Below are positions 1 to 10,603 of a DNA stretch of 64,000 bases, one piece after another. Source of the DNA: Oceanispirochaeta sp. (GTDB taxonomy: Bacteria > Spirochaetota > Spirochaetia > DSM-2461); contig CAXXOA010000002.1 of assembly GCA_963666275.2 (NCBI GenBank), positions 704,001-768,000 of the forward strand, given 5' to 3'. The notes below the pieces were generated by a model, which worked only from the letters and a program-made list of their open reading frames with translations, ran no database searches and was not told the DNA's origin. Numbering within the stretch: position 1 is the first letter of the stretch; each line of letters begins with the position of its first letter. A program made the translations under genes and the position numbers.

Positions 1-90
1 CAGAGCTGGAAACATTACTCTTAAACTAAGGTTTATGCCATTTTGTATAAACACGGGAATCACAACAGAAGCCGGAAAAGGAGATCTTTT

Positions 91-1020
91 ATGGCAGGAA
101 AAAATCAGATTGTTCCCCATCTATGGTTTGATACCAGGGCTATTGAAGCTGTGGAGTTCTATTGTTCTGTCTTTCCCGATTCAGGAATTCTGAAACAGAG
201 AGTTATTCCGGACACTCCCTCGGGTGACTGTGACTATCTCACGTTTGAACTCTGGGGGCAGAGGTTTGAAGCCATCAATGCGGGCCCGGAATTTTCTATT
301 AATCCCTCTATTTCCATGATGGTGAATTTTGATCCTCTTTTTTTCGGACAGGATAAGAACCCAGAACTGGCCGCCCGGGAAAAGCTGAACGAAATCTGGT
401 CGTCTCTCAGTCGGGATGGTCAGGTCCTTATGGAACTGGGACAGTACGATTTCAGTCCCCTTTACGGATGGATACAGGATCGTTACGGTATGTCCTGGCA
501 GTTGATCCTGACAGAACCGGGGGGAGACCCCAGACCGCCTGTTATGCCTTCCATGCTTTTTGTAGGGGATAACTGCGGAAAAGCAGAAGAAGCCGGGGCA
601 TTTTACCGCTCTCTTTTTTCTGACTCCGAAGAGGGAATGCTTGTAAAATATCCTGCTGCAATGGGGCCTGATTCGGAAGATACAGTTATGTTTTCAGATT
701 TCAGACTGGGAGATACATGGATAACTGCTATGGACAGCGCCTATGATCATCAGTTTCAATTCAATGAGGCACTGTCTTTCATTGTCTACTGCAAAGATCA
801 GGATGAGGTCGATTATTACTGGAGCCAGCTTTCAGCGGATCAGGAAGCCGAGCAGTGCGGCTGGGTCAAAGACAAATACGGCGTTTCCTGGCAGATCATC
901 CCCACGGAACTGAATACCCTGATGGAATCGGGGAGTGAAAGCCAGAACAAAGCCGCAATAAAAGAGCTGCTGGAGATGAAGAAGATTGATATTTCAGTCA
1001 TCAGAAAAGTCTATGACTAG
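91..1020 (+). CDS. VOC/PhnB-family protein (3-demethylubiquinone-9 3-methyltransferase-like, tandem domains)
   Basis: Motifs IVPHLWFD, INAGPEF, YGWIQDRYGMSWQ and CGWVKDKYGVSWQ (duplicated VOC domain); start moved to ATG 91 after RBS AAGGAG. Confidence 0.88.
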   Translation: MAGKNQIVPHLWFDTRAIEAVEFYCSVFPDSGILKQRVIPDTPSGDCDYLTFELWGQRFEAINAGPEFSINPSISMMVNFDPLFFGQDKNPELAAREKLNEIWSSLSRDGQVLMELGQYDFSPLYGWIQDRYGMSWQLILTEPGGDPRPPVMPSMLFVGDNCGKAEEAGAFYRSLFSDSEEGMLVKYPAAMGPDSEDTVMFSDFRLGDTWITAMDSAYDHQFQFNEALSFIVYCKDQDEVDYYWSQLSADQEAEQCGWVKDKYGVSWQIIPTELNTLMESGSESQNKAAIKELLEMKKIDISVIRKVYD

Positions 1021-1120
1021 AGGACGTTCTGTTTTCATTTCCAGAGGGTTCCGAGCTGCCTTCTGGATTTTTCCGGGGGAAAAAGTATACATTAGTTAGA
1101 TACTCACAATAGGAGAGAAT

Positions 1121-1657
1121 ATGAAAGAAAAAAAAGGCCGGCCCAGAGTCCTCTCGTATGAGGATTTTCCCGGAGCGGATAAGGGAACATCCTGGATGGT
1201 CGGTATGCTGCTGGAGCTGGGTGAGCGGACCTATGACCAGGTGGAACATCTCGATGATCAGGCTCTGGATTTCAAATCAGAAGGTTCCTATCTGATCACA
1301 TCTGTCCTCCTGCTCCATCTGGTGCAGGCCGAATTGAATCTGTTCGGATTCATGGTGGCTGATTTTGAAATGCCCGAATATGCCCATGAAGTAGCCAATA
1401 CAGCTTCTACAGATCTTTCATCAAGGAAAGGGGCCGGCAGAAGATCGGTTGAGATCCTTGAAATGCATCTGAAGTTTCGCCATGAGTTTCTGAGGCAGTA
1501 TTGTGGGGGGGAAGGTTTTTTTGATAAACCCTCTCTCAATCCGAAATTCAAAACCTGCCGGGATGTCATGGGGCACCTGATCTGGCACTGGGCCAATCAT
1601 AGCGGTCATATCGGAGAAATTACCCTGAATGCAGGATACGAATACACCTGGCAGTAA
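1121..1657 (+). CDS. DinB/YfiT-like putative metalloenzyme
   Basis: LLLHLVQAE and C-terminal HLIWHWANHSGHI His pattern; RBS AGGAG. Confidence 0.7.
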   Translation: MKEKKGRPRVLSYEDFPGADKGTSWMVGMLLELGERTYDQVEHLDDQALDFKSEGSYLITSVLLLHLVQAELNLFGFMVADFEMPEYAHEVANTASTDLSSRKGAGRRSVEILEMHLKFRHEFLRQYCGGEGFFDKPSLNPKFKTCRDVMGHLIWHWANHSGHIGEITLNAGYEYTWQ

Positions 1658-1747
1658 ACACTCTGATGAATCGGGGCGTGAGGGTCATAGCAAAGCTCTT
1701 CCGGGGGTGAAAAAGATTCCTCTTTCAGTCCTCAGAAAAGCCTTTTG

Positions 1748-2995
1748 CTAAAGGGATTTCTGTTTTCTCTTCTTATCCTTCTTCGGCTTTTTCGCTTTAA
1801 AGGGTCTGGTATCCAGTTTCGATTCAGGGAGGGGCGGATCCAGCTGGAATCCCTCTGTTTCCACTCTGGGAATTATCTGTTTCGTGAGACGCTCTATGTC
1901 TTTCAGGCTGTCAAATTCTTCAGGACTCACAAAGGAGAGGGCTTCTCCTACCTGGCCGGCCCGGCCGGTTCTTCCGATTCTGTGAATGTAGTCTTCTTTC
2001 AGGTGGGGCAGGTCGAAGTTAATGACAAGGGGCAGCCCGTCTATGTCGAGTCCTCTGGCTGCCAGGTCTGTGGCGACAAGAATCGACGCCTTATCTTTTT
2101 TGAATTCGGCCAGGGCCCGGGTTCTGGCTCCCTGGCTTTTATCTCCATGGATCGCCTGGGCAATATATCCTGCATGGATGAGCTTTATTACAAGCCGGTC
2201 CGCCCTGTTTTTTGTTTTCACAAATATCAGAAATTTGAGCCAGCCCTTTTCCTGCATCAGTTCCAGAAGGAGCTCGGTTTTCCTTTCATGGGCTACAGGG
2301 AACACTGACTGTTTCACCGCTTCCAGTGTCACTTCTTCAGGAATAACAGATACTTCCAGGGGATCCTGCAGTAATTCTTTTGCCAGACCGCTTACTTCAT
2401 CAGACAGTGTGGCAGTGAACATCATGGTCTGCCTTTGGCGGGGAACTAAATGGAGGATCTCATTGACCTCATCCTGAAAACCCAGATTCAGCATCCTGTC
2501 GGCTTCGTCAAAAACAAGCACTTCCAGCCTGGAAAACTGCACTGCATTTTTCCTGTAAAGATCCAGGAGCCTGCCGGGGGTGGCAACCAGAATATCCACG
2601 CCTCTGCTCAGGCGGATCATCTGAGGATTGATCTTGACCCCTCCGTAGGCTACGGTGGACCGGATTTTGAGGTAGCGGCTGTAATTGACTGTGCTTTCAT
2701 AGACCTGAGCCGCCAGTTCCCTAGTGGGGACCAGGATGAGAGCCCTGATCTGATTGGGAGAGGCTTTCCCTTTTCTGTTGAGAATCTCCAGAACAGGGAG
2801 CATAAATGCCGCGGTTTTACCCGTCCCGGTCTGGGCTGTTCCCAGGATATCCCGGCCTGCCAGTACCGATGAAATAGTCTGGTCCTGAATCGGTGTGGGT
2901 TTTCTATAATTAAGGGCCTTCAGGGCTTTGAGTATGGGATCCGACAACCCTGTGGAGGCAAAGCCGGGGGAATTGGAATTTTCATTATTTATCAA
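1748..2995 (-). CDS. rhlE: DEAD-box RNA helicase, RhlE-like
   Basis: PTPIQ, AQTGTGKT, PTRELA, DEADRM, HRIGRTGRAG motifs and basic tail; likely TTG start at 2995 after GGAGA. Confidence 0.85.
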   Translation of the reverse strand: MINNENSNSPGFASTGLSDPILKALKALNYRKPTPIQDQTISSVLAGRDILGTAQTGTGKTAAFMLPVLEILNRKGKASPNQIRALILVPTRELAAQVYESTVNYSRYLKIRSTVAYGGVKINPQMIRLSRGVDILVATPGRLLDLYRKNAVQFSRLEVLVFDEADRMLNLGFQDEVNEILHLVPRQRQTMMFTATLSDEVSGLAKELLQDPLEVSVIPEEVTLEAVKQSVFPVAHERKTELLLELMQEKGWLKFLIFVKTKNRADRLVIKLIHAGYIAQAIHGDKSQGARTRALAEFKKDKASILVATDLAARGLDIDGLPLVINFDLPHLKEDYIHRIGRTGRAGQVGEALSFVSPEEFDSLKDIERLTKQIIPRVETEGFQLDPPLPESKLDTRPFKAKKPKKDKKRKQKSL

Positions 2996-3020
2996 TGTCT
3001 GTTCTCCGGGATACTTGTGA

Positions 3021-4397
3021 TTAAAAATGACGCCTGACTTTAAACTGCCGGCCTTTGATCTGGCCGTTCTCAAGCAGCTGCCGGGCTTTCTCGGCTGATT
3101 CGGATTCTACCGCAACAAAGGTAATATAATCCTGGCGATCAATTTTTCCAATGGCCGTTCCGGCAATACTGCCGTCGGCTGTCAGGGCTCCGAGAAGATC
3201 TCCCGGGCTGATTTTATTTTTCCGCCCTCCATTGATGGAAAGAGTGACCATGGAGGCCGGAGGATACACCGGGCTCTGAGGATCATTTTCAGGGAGCTCT
3301 TCTATTATATACCGGCTATAAAGAAAACTGTTGATGAGATCCAGACGAAACTGCTCTCTGGCTCCCAAAAGGGAAAAGGCATGCCCTTCCAGACCCGCCC
3401 TGCCTGTTCTGCCGATGCGATGGATGTAGTTTTCTGTTTCAAAGGGCATATCATAATTGATGACGGCCCCCAGTTCCCTGATATCCAGGCCTCTGGCAGC
3501 CACATCCGTGGCAATGAGGATTCTGACGCTGCCGTTGGAAAAACGGGTGAGCACCTCGGTCCGTTCTTTCTGCTCCAGGTCCCCGTGCAAAGCCAGGCAG
3601 GATAAACCGGTATCCTGAAGATCCCGGGCGATAGTCCGGCAGGCCTCTTTGGTATTGCAGAAAATCAGTACCGATTCGGGCTGATTCTTTTGAAGGATAC
3701 GAAGGACGGCCTGACTCTTTTCTCCCCTCCCTGCCCTGTAGAACCTCTGAGTAATGGCAATATCATCACCCTGAGACTCCACTTCGATCTCTCTGGGATC
3801 CTCCTGGAGTTCTCTGCTCAACGCTCTGATCTCTTCGGGAAAGGTTGCGGAGAAACAGAGAATCTGGGTTTTTTCCGGTACAAAATCGAAAATATCATGG
3901 ATTTCATCGATAAAACCCATATCAAGCATCCGGTCGGCTTCGTCCAGAACAACAGATTTTAAATCATCCAGCACAAGACTCCCCCTTCGAAGCAGCTTGT
4001 GCACCCTTCCGGGGGTACCTACGACAATATGGGCCTGATGACTGAGGGAGTGCTCCTGCTGGTAATGGGGAATCCCTCCTGTTATGGTCACAACCTTGAT
4101 GTTATGACGGAACCGGGCGAGTCGGCGCATCTCCCGGGAGACCTGATCGGCCAGTTCCCGGGTGGGGCAGAGAATCAGGTTCTGGACCCGGAATCGTTTT
4201 ACATCCAGGTTTTCCAGGATACCGATACTGAAGGCAGCGGTCTTCCCGCTCCCTGTTTTTGCCAGAGCCAGGATATCTTTCTTTTTGATTATGGGGGGAA
4301 TACTGACCTCCTGGATCGGGGTCATATGTTTATATTCGAGTTTATTAAGGTTCTCCAGCATTTCCGGAGAGAGCGACAGGGCGCTGAATGGTTTCAT
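3021..4397 (-). CDS. dbpA: ATP-dependent 23S rRNA helicase DbpA
   Basis: DEAD motifs plus C-terminal DbpA RNA-binding domain (MVTLSINGGRKNKISPGDLLGAL). Confidence 0.92.
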   Translation of the reverse strand: MKPFSALSLSPEMLENLNKLEYKHMTPIQEVSIPPIIKKKDILALAKTGSGKTAAFSIGILENLDVKRFRVQNLILCPTRELADQVSREMRRLARFRHNIKVVTITGGIPHYQQEHSLSHQAHIVVGTPGRVHKLLRRGSLVLDDLKSVVLDEADRMLDMGFIDEIHDIFDFVPEKTQILCFSATFPEEIRALSRELQEDPREIEVESQGDDIAITQRFYRAGRGEKSQAVLRILQKNQPESVLIFCNTKEACRTIARDLQDTGLSCLALHGDLEQKERTEVLTRFSNGSVRILIATDVAARGLDIRELGAVINYDMPFETENYIHRIGRTGRAGLEGHAFSLLGAREQFRLDLINSFLYSRYIIEELPENDPQSPVYPPASMVTLSINGGRKNKISPGDLLGALTADGSIAGTAIGKIDRQDYITFVAVESESAEKARQLLENGQIKGRQFKVRRHF

Positions 4398-4671
4398 TCC
4401 CGGGACACTATCATGGATGGGTAAAATTAAGCAATGGAAGAGTTTATTCTTTTCTTAATTCTTTGAACATTGAAGGCGGCCTGCCCAGCCTGTCCGTTCC
4501 GGAATGATGGATTTCCCACAGGATCTATTCACTTTACCTTTAAGGTCTTGTTTATTATTTTTGTAATATAAAGGTTTTGATTTATTACATGGGAAAGACA
4601 GGCTGTCATTTCCTGGCGATGTTTTTCCCATGGTAGATATAATGCCGGAAAAAATTCGTAAGGAGATATGT

Positions 4672-5559
4672 ATGAATGCTAAACAGCTTGAAAATATGAA
4701 AAGCGGTAAAGGTTTTATCGCGGCCCTCGATCAAAGCGGCGGGAGCACTCCCAAGGCCTTAACGGCTTATGGTATCACCCCCGAGTCCTATGATTCGGAT
4801 AAAAAAATGTTCGAACTCGTTCATGAAATGCGCACCCGGATTATTAAAAGCTCTGCCTTTACAAGTGATAAAATTCTGGGAGCCATTCTTTTTGAGCGCA
4901 CGATGGATAGTCCTGTGGATGGCAGATTTACAGCCGACTATCTCTGGGATGAGAAGGGGATTGTTCCTTTTCTGAAAATTGACAAAGGTCTGGCTGAGCC
5001 TGAGCAGGGAGTCCAGGTTATGAAGCCTATTCCGGGGCTGGAGGATCTGTTAACCCGGGCTCTGGAAAGGAATATTTTCGGAACAAAGATGCGTTCTATG
5101 ATCAAGGAGTATAATCCTGATGGTATTGGCAGAATTGTAGACCAGCAGTTTGAGTTAGGGCAGATAATCGCTGATCGGGGCCTTGTGCCTATTATTGAAC
5201 CGGAAGTGGATATTCACAGTGCTGAAAAGGACAAGTGCGAGACACTTCTGCTGGAGAAGATCCTTATGAAACTTGAGACCTGGGAGAGCGGGAAACCAGT
5301 GATATTTAAACTGACCATTCCCTCAAAACCGGATTTCTATCTTCCCCTGATTGATCACCCTAAGGTCACTCGTGTCGTTGCCCTGTCCGGAGGGTATTCC
5401 AGGGAAGATGCCAACAGGAAGCTTTCTGAAAATACCAGGATGATTGCCAGTTTTTCACGGGCTTTAGTCGAAGGCTTATCCTATCAGATCACGGATCGGG
5501 AATTTGATTCCATACTGGAAAGCTCGATAAGCTCCATTTATAACGCATCAATAGTATAG
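4672..5559 (+). CDS. fda: Fructose-bisphosphate aldolase class I (bacterial type)
   Basis: GFIAALDQSGGSTPKAL, FGTKMRS, PIIEPEV, VALSGGY motifs; ATG 4672 after AAGGAG. Confidence 0.93.
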   Translation: MNAKQLENMKSGKGFIAALDQSGGSTPKALTAYGITPESYDSDKKMFELVHEMRTRIIKSSAFTSDKILGAILFERTMDSPVDGRFTADYLWDEKGIVPFLKIDKGLAEPEQGVQVMKPIPGLEDLLTRALERNIFGTKMRSMIKEYNPDGIGRIVDQQFELGQIIADRGLVPIIEPEVDIHSAEKDKCETLLLEKILMKLETWESGKPVIFKLTIPSKPDFYLPLIDHPKVTRVVALSGGYSREDANRKLSENTRMIASFSRALVEGLSYQITDREFDSILESSISSIYNASIV

Positions 5560-5642
5560 AATGTTTCAGGTATGCAGCCCTGCGGGAAAGGGCTGCTTAT
5601 GAGTCTTTTTTTTCGAGCCCCCGGAGCTAATCGAAGAATGGA

Positions 5643-6386
5643 TCAATCTAGCGCAAAATCCGTATCCATGGTCTGAATGGTTTTCATGGAAATCCGGAAA
5701 TGATTTCTTACCAACTCAATAGCAACTTCTTCATTACCGACATTCAATGCCTTGAGTATATCCAGGTGTTCCTGATAGCTGTTGGGCGTAATTTTTTTCT
5801 GGGTATTTTTCATGCTGAATAACAGGAGATGGGTAAGGTGTTTGAACATATAATTCAGAACATCATTATTCATCAGAGCTACCAGACCTTTATGGAACTC
5901 CAGGTCCAGTTTTCTGTACTCTTCCAGATACTCTTCAGAGGATTTTGTTGACATCTCTGTGACAATCGCCTTGAGACTTTCCAGTCCCGGATAATCCGGA
6001 GATTCAATAAAACTTCTAATAGCCTGAATCTCGATCAGTTCTCTGGTTCTGAACAGATCCATGAGTATTTTCTTATTCTGAGGCAACTCGTAGGAAATGG
6101 ATTCGGTTAAAGAATTGAGATAAAAATCCAGTTTCTGCTTCCTTACAAAAACGCCTCTGCCATGTTCGATGGAAACAAGGCCTTTCATTTCGAGGAGCTT
6201 CAGAGCTTCTCTCATAATTCTCGATCCTACATGAAACTGTTCTGCCAATTCAGTCTGAGGGGGGAGTCTGTCGCCTTCTTTGTATTTATCAGAAAGAACC
6301 ATTTTTTCCAGTTCTGATTCAACATAGGCAGCTTTACTTTTTTGTGCGAAAGGATCTGCTTGTATCATGAATATGATTATACCCAT
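5643..6386 (-). CDS. FadR/GntR-family transcriptional regulator (FCD domain)
   Basis: GDRLPPQTELAEQFHVGSRIMREALKLLE wHTH, DLEFH and EHLDIL FCD motifs; divergent from TRAP operon; start 6386 or 6368. Confidence 0.88.
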   Translation of the reverse strand: MGIIIFMIQADPFAQKSKAAYVESELEKMVLSDKYKEGDRLPPQTELAEQFHVGSRIMREALKLLEMKGLVSIEHGRGVFVRKQKLDFYLNSLTESISYELPQNKKILMDLFRTRELIEIQAIRSFIESPDYPGLESLKAIVTEMSTKSSEEYLEEYRKLDLEFHKGLVALMNNDVLNYMFKHLTHLLLFSMKNTQKKITPNSYQEHLDILKALNVGNEEVAIELVRNHFRISMKTIQTMDTDFALD

Positions 6387-6399
6387 AAAAAAGAATTTT

Positions 6400-6485
6400 A
6401 TGTCAACATTTATTGAAAAAAGGTGACAACTATAAAAATAAAGATGACATGTGACATCTATTAAAAAATAGTTGACATAACTTGG
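6400..6485. promoter_or_regulatory. Putative FadR/GntR operator cluster in divergent promoter
   Basis: Repeated TGACA/TGTCA half-sites: ATGTCAACAT, GGTGACAAC, AGATGACATGTGACATCT, GTTGACATAAC. Confidence 0.45.
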
Positions 6486-6709
6486 CAAGTGGCTTTAATA
6501 TTCCCTCAGTTGTTTGGAAATGCAATAAACAGCATTCACTTGGGATCATAAAGATCCTGTTGAAAAACTGTTCCGGTCAGCTCCTGATATGTCCGAGAAA
6601 AAGGGGGTTGAATTACGGAATAGGAATTCAAATGGGATACGCTGAAATCAGGTTAATTTTTTTTATTGCAGATTGAAAATTGTTAATCAAAACAGGAAAG
6701 GAGACAATA

Positions 6710-7756
6710 ATGAAAAACAGAACAAACATTTTATTTATCGCCGTTATTTTGCTCTCATGCAGTGTGATTTTTGCTCAGGGCGGCCAGGATGGCGCTTCCG
6801 GAGATACCTCTTACAGTGCAGAGAAACCCCTTGTAATGCAGATTGGTAATGGTGTGGATGATATGAACCCCCAGACCATCGCTCTGAAAAATTTCGGTGA
6901 AGCCCTCAAAAGTGAAACAGAAGGCCGTGTAGACTATGAACTTTTCTCCAACTGTACTCTCGGGTCAGATGAGGAAATGGTAGAAATGGTCAGAACAAAT
7001 ACACTGCAGATGACCGAAGCCAACCTGACAATCAAAGACTACGTTCCTCAGATGTACGCATTCGGCCTGCCCTTCCTTTTTCACAGTTATGCTGATGCCT
7101 ATGACTATCTGTCAAACTCCGACACCGCAAAAGGGATCTGGGCAAAACTGGAAAGTGATATGAATATGCGGAAAGTGGCCATTTATCTGAATGGAGCCCG
7201 TGCTCTGACAACCAAAGACATTGAAGTCAAAGGCCCTGCTGATCTGGATGGTATTAAAATCCGTTCCATGACTTCTGCTGTTTCTCAGGATACAATCCAG
7301 GCTCTGGGCGGAACACCCGTTCCCATGTCCTATTCAGAATTGTATGTTGCCCTGCAGACAGGAGTTGTCTCCGGTCAGGACAATGGTCTTTCCAATGTTT
7401 ACTCCTCCAAGTTCTACGAAGTTCAGAACAGATTCTATAAAACCGAGCATGGCTATACCATCAATGTTGTTTATGTAAACCCCAGTTTCTATAACACTCT
7501 GACTGCTGAAGATCAGGCCATTTTTGACAAGCTGGCGAAAGAGTATCTTGAAGATCAGTATTCAGCGGACATGGATCTGTACTATGCGGAAGCTGAGAAA
7601 TCTCTGAAGAATGCAGGGATGAAAATTGTTGAACAGAAAGATATGGATATGCAGTCTTTCTTTGACAGTGCCTATGAAATGATCAATGCAAAATATACAA
7701 CCAATCAGGTGTATCTTGATATTGTGAACGATGTAAAAGATTTCTGTAACTATTAA
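6710..7756 (+). CDS. dctP: TRAP transporter substrate-binding protein
   Basis: Signal peptide, DLDGIKIRSM, PVPMSYSELYVALQTGVVSGQDN; RBS AAGGAG. Confidence 0.93.
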   Translation: MKNRTNILFIAVILLSCSVIFAQGGQDGASGDTSYSAEKPLVMQIGNGVDDMNPQTIALKNFGEALKSETEGRVDYELFSNCTLGSDEEMVEMVRTNTLQMTEANLTIKDYVPQMYAFGLPFLFHSYADAYDYLSNSDTAKGIWAKLESDMNMRKVAIYLNGARALTTKDIEVKGPADLDGIKIRSMTSAVSQDTIQALGGTPVPMSYSELYVALQTGVVSGQDNGLSNVYSSKFYEVQNRFYKTEHGYTINVVYVNPSFYNTLTAEDQAIFDKLAKEYLEDQYSADMDLYYAEAEKSLKNAGMKIVEQKDMDMQSFFDSAYEMINAKYTTNQVYLDIVNDVKDFCNY

Positions 7757-7829
7757 TCAAAAAGAATAATATTTGAAGCGCTCTTTTCTGTTGTCACAAC
7801 AGGAAGAGCCGCTTCAGGGAGTTTTCTCT

Positions 7830-8315
7830 GTGACTAACAAAATAAAATATATCTGGGACAATCTGGAAAGATATCTTATGATCTTTTTCTTCATTGTATT
7901 TTTTCTGAATGTCTTCATGCAGATAGCATCCAGAGTTTTTTTCAACAATCCCTTCAGATTTACCGAAGAACTGTCCCGTTATTGTTTTGTCTGGATGGTT
8001 TTCCTTGGAATGTCTTTCGGTACAAGGTACAACAAACATATTAAAATTGATGTTGTTGTCTCTATGATGCCTGAAATGGTTCGTCTCATTATTAACATAT
8101 TTATTGATATTCTTACTCTTGCCGTATTTACTTGGATAATTTTTCAGGGACTGGAATACGTACAGTACTCCAGCACTAATAACATATATACATTGCCGAT
8201 CAATAAGGGCGTTATTGTCTCTATACTCCCCATCACCGGGCTCCTCGTCGTGATCCGCTGCCTGGAAAAAATATACATTGATTTCAAAAAATACACTAAG
8301 GGAGCACAGTCATGA
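7830..8315 (+). CDS. dctQ: TRAP transporter small permease
   Basis: 4 TM segments, FTEELSRYCFVWMVFLG, HIKID; probable GTG start 7830. Confidence 0.9.
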   Translation: MTNKIKYIWDNLERYLMIFFFIVFFLNVFMQIASRVFFNNPFRFTEELSRYCFVWMVFLGMSFGTRYNKHIKIDVVVSMMPEMVRLIINIFIDILTLAVFTWIIFQGLEYVQYSSTNNIYTLPINKGVIVSILPITGLLVVIRCLEKIYIDFKKYTKGAQS

Positions 8316-9598
8316 GTCTATTGGTTGTTTTCCTGATTATTTTTCTGGTGCTGCTTGTTATCGGCGCCCCTATTTATCTCTCCCTCCTGTCTTCCAGTCT
8401 TGTCTACTGTTTCATGCGAGGCGGTATTAATCCTTTGATGATTATGCAGAAGATGTTTACAAGTCTGGACAATTTTGTGCTCCTGGCGATCCCCATGTTC
8501 ATGCTTGCAGGTATTCTTATGAATGCAGGGGGCGTTACAAACCGGATCTTCTACTTCTGTAAATCCCTGGTGGGCCATCTGCCAGGCGGTCTGGCTCATG
8601 TAAATGTTCTGGCCAGTTTTATCTTCTCCGGTATGTCCGGCTCAGCCCTCGCCGACGTGGGCGGACTGGGACAGGTTGAAATGAAGGCCATGGAAGATGA
8701 AGGATACGATGATTTCATTACCCTTGGTGTGACTGCGGCCTCCTCGACTATGGGACCGATTGTTCCGCCTTCCATACCCATGGTGCTCTACGGTGCCGCT
8801 GCCAGTGTCTCCGTAGGAGCTCTGTTCAGTGCCGGATTAATCCCCGGGATCGTCATCGCCATCATTCTCTGTGTCATCATTGCTGTGGTGGCCAAAAAGA
8901 AGAACTTTCCTGTTCATGAAAAAGCGACCTTCAGAGAAGTGGTAAGAAGATATAAAAGCGGGTTCTGGGCTCTTCTGATGCCCTTTGTTATTATGGGCGG
9001 TATCTGGTGCGGGTATTTTACTCCCACCGAAGCTGCCTGTGTCAGCATTGTTTATGTACTTATCATCCAGATCTTTATATATAAGGAACTGAAGTTCAAG
9101 CAGATTCCCCAGGCTATCTCCAGTATGGTTGTAAGCATTGTTCCCGCCCTTGCTATTGTTTCTTCAGTTGCCCTGTTCGGCTGGGTCCTTCAGTTTGAGC
9201 ATCTGGGACAGATTATTCTCAACGGGATCCTTTCCATCTCTCACAACAGGAATGTGGTTCTGCTTCTGATCAATATCATTCTGCTCTGTATGGGATGCTT
9301 CCTGGACTCCACAGCGGTTATTCTGATGTTCATTCCCATGTTCCTTCCCCTGGTAAAGGTGGTGGGGATCAATGAAATCCACCTGGGAGTGATTGTTGTA
9401 TTAAACCTTATGATCGGTCTGATGACTCCTCCTGTCGGTCAGTCCCTCTATATGATGGCAAGTGTGACAAACAAGGAATTCGGCCATGTTGTGAAAAGCA
9501 CATGGAAATGGCTTATTCCGCTTTTTCTCTCCCTGCTTGTTATCACCTATTGTCCCGATCTGGTCCTCTGGCTTCCCAGAACCCTGGGCCTTATCTAA
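8312..9598 (+). CDS. dctM: TRAP transporter large permease
   Basis: LAIPMFMLAG, SGMSGSALAD, IVPPSIP, FTPTEA, TPPVG; ATGA overlap with dctQ. Confidence 0.94.
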   Translation: MSLLVVFLIIFLVLLVIGAPIYLSLLSSSLVYCFMRGGINPLMIMQKMFTSLDNFVLLAIPMFMLAGILMNAGGVTNRIFYFCKSLVGHLPGGLAHVNVLASFIFSGMSGSALADVGGLGQVEMKAMEDEGYDDFITLGVTAASSTMGPIVPPSIPMVLYGAAASVSVGALFSAGLIPGIVIAIILCVIIAVVAKKKNFPVHEKATFREVVRRYKSGFWALLMPFVIMGGIWCGYFTPTEAACVSIVYVLIIQIFIYKELKFKQIPQAISSMVVSIVPALAIVSSVALFGWVLQFEHLGQIILNGILSISHNRNVVLLLINIILLCMGCFLDSTAVILMFIPMFLPLVKVVGINEIHLGVIVVLNLMIGLMTPPVGQSLYMMASVTNKEFGHVVKSTWKWLIPLFLSLLVITYCPDLVLWLPRTLGLI

Positions 9599-9634
9599 CA
9601 ACTTCCAATTACTGTGAATGAAAGGATTGATTCA

Positions 9635-10594
9635 ATGGAGAAAAAAAAGATACTTGTTTCTGTGACCAACTATCCGGAGTTCTGTTCAAAGGGCAAAAAA
9701 ATGCTTGAGGACTTCGGTTGTGAAATCACAGCGACTGAAGAGAGCCGTCCCTACAGCCGTGAAGAGCTCCTGGGAATGATAAAAGATTATGATGCCGCTG
9801 TTGTGGGATGTGATATCTGGAGTGAGGAAATCCTCGCAGCGGCTCCCAGGCTCAAGATTCTGTCCCGATTCGGCATCGGTGTAGATAACATTGACCTGGA
9901 AGCTGCGAAAAAGCATGATATCAGGGTAACCAACTGCCGGGGAATCAACAGCAATTCCGTTGCAGAGCATACAATGATGCTGCTCCTTTCCATGATCCGC
10001 CAGGTGGCTCATCTTGACAGATCAACCCGGGAAGGGGAGTGGGAACGGGCCGTTATTCATGAGATCAACTATTTCAGGATCGGTCTCGTCGGATTCGGCG
10101 GCATCGCCCGCAAGGTTGCGAAAAAACTGCAGCCCTTCGGACCGGAAATATATGCCTATGATGCGTATCCCGATCTGGAAGAAGCTGAAGCGTTAGGCGT
10201 AACGATCTGTGATTTTGATACGCTTCTGGAAAAATGCGATATCCTTTCCCTGCATGTACCGGCTCTCCCGGAAACCAGGCATCTCATTAATTCCGCAACC
10301 ATAGGAAAGATGAAAGACGGTGCCTATCTTATAAATACGGCCAGGGGGTCGATCGTGGATGAAAAAGCCGTTTATGACGCTTTGAATTCCAGGAAGCTCT
10401 CAGGTTACGCCACGGATGTATTTGAAACAGACCCTGTAGATAAGAACAACCCCTTACTGAAACTGAAGAATTTCATATGTACTCCTCATATTGCTGCCGA
10501 GTCATATGAGAATTATGACCTGACGGGAATCGAAACCGCTCAGGCGATTATCGATGCCTTTAGCGGAAAAACCCCGCAGAACTTACTTGTTTAG
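9635..10594 (+). CDS. D-isomer-specific 2-hydroxyacid dehydrogenase (PGDH-like)
   Basis: GVDNID, GLVGFGGIA, LINTARG, DVFETDP, TPHIAA. Confidence 0.9.
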   Translation: MEKKKILVSVTNYPEFCSKGKKMLEDFGCEITATEESRPYSREELLGMIKDYDAAVVGCDIWSEEILAAAPRLKILSRFGIGVDNIDLEAAKKHDIRVTNCRGINSNSVAEHTMMLLLSMIRQVAHLDRSTREGEWERAVIHEINYFRIGLVGFGGIARKVAKKLQPFGPEIYAYDAYPDLEEAEALGVTICDFDTLLEKCDILSLHVPALPETRHLINSATIGKMKDGAYLINTARGSIVDEKAVYDALNSRKLSGYATDVFETDPVDKNNPLLKLKNFICTPHIAAESYENYDLTGIETAQAIIDAFSGKTPQNLLV

Positions 10595-10603
10595 GAGAAC
10601 AAT

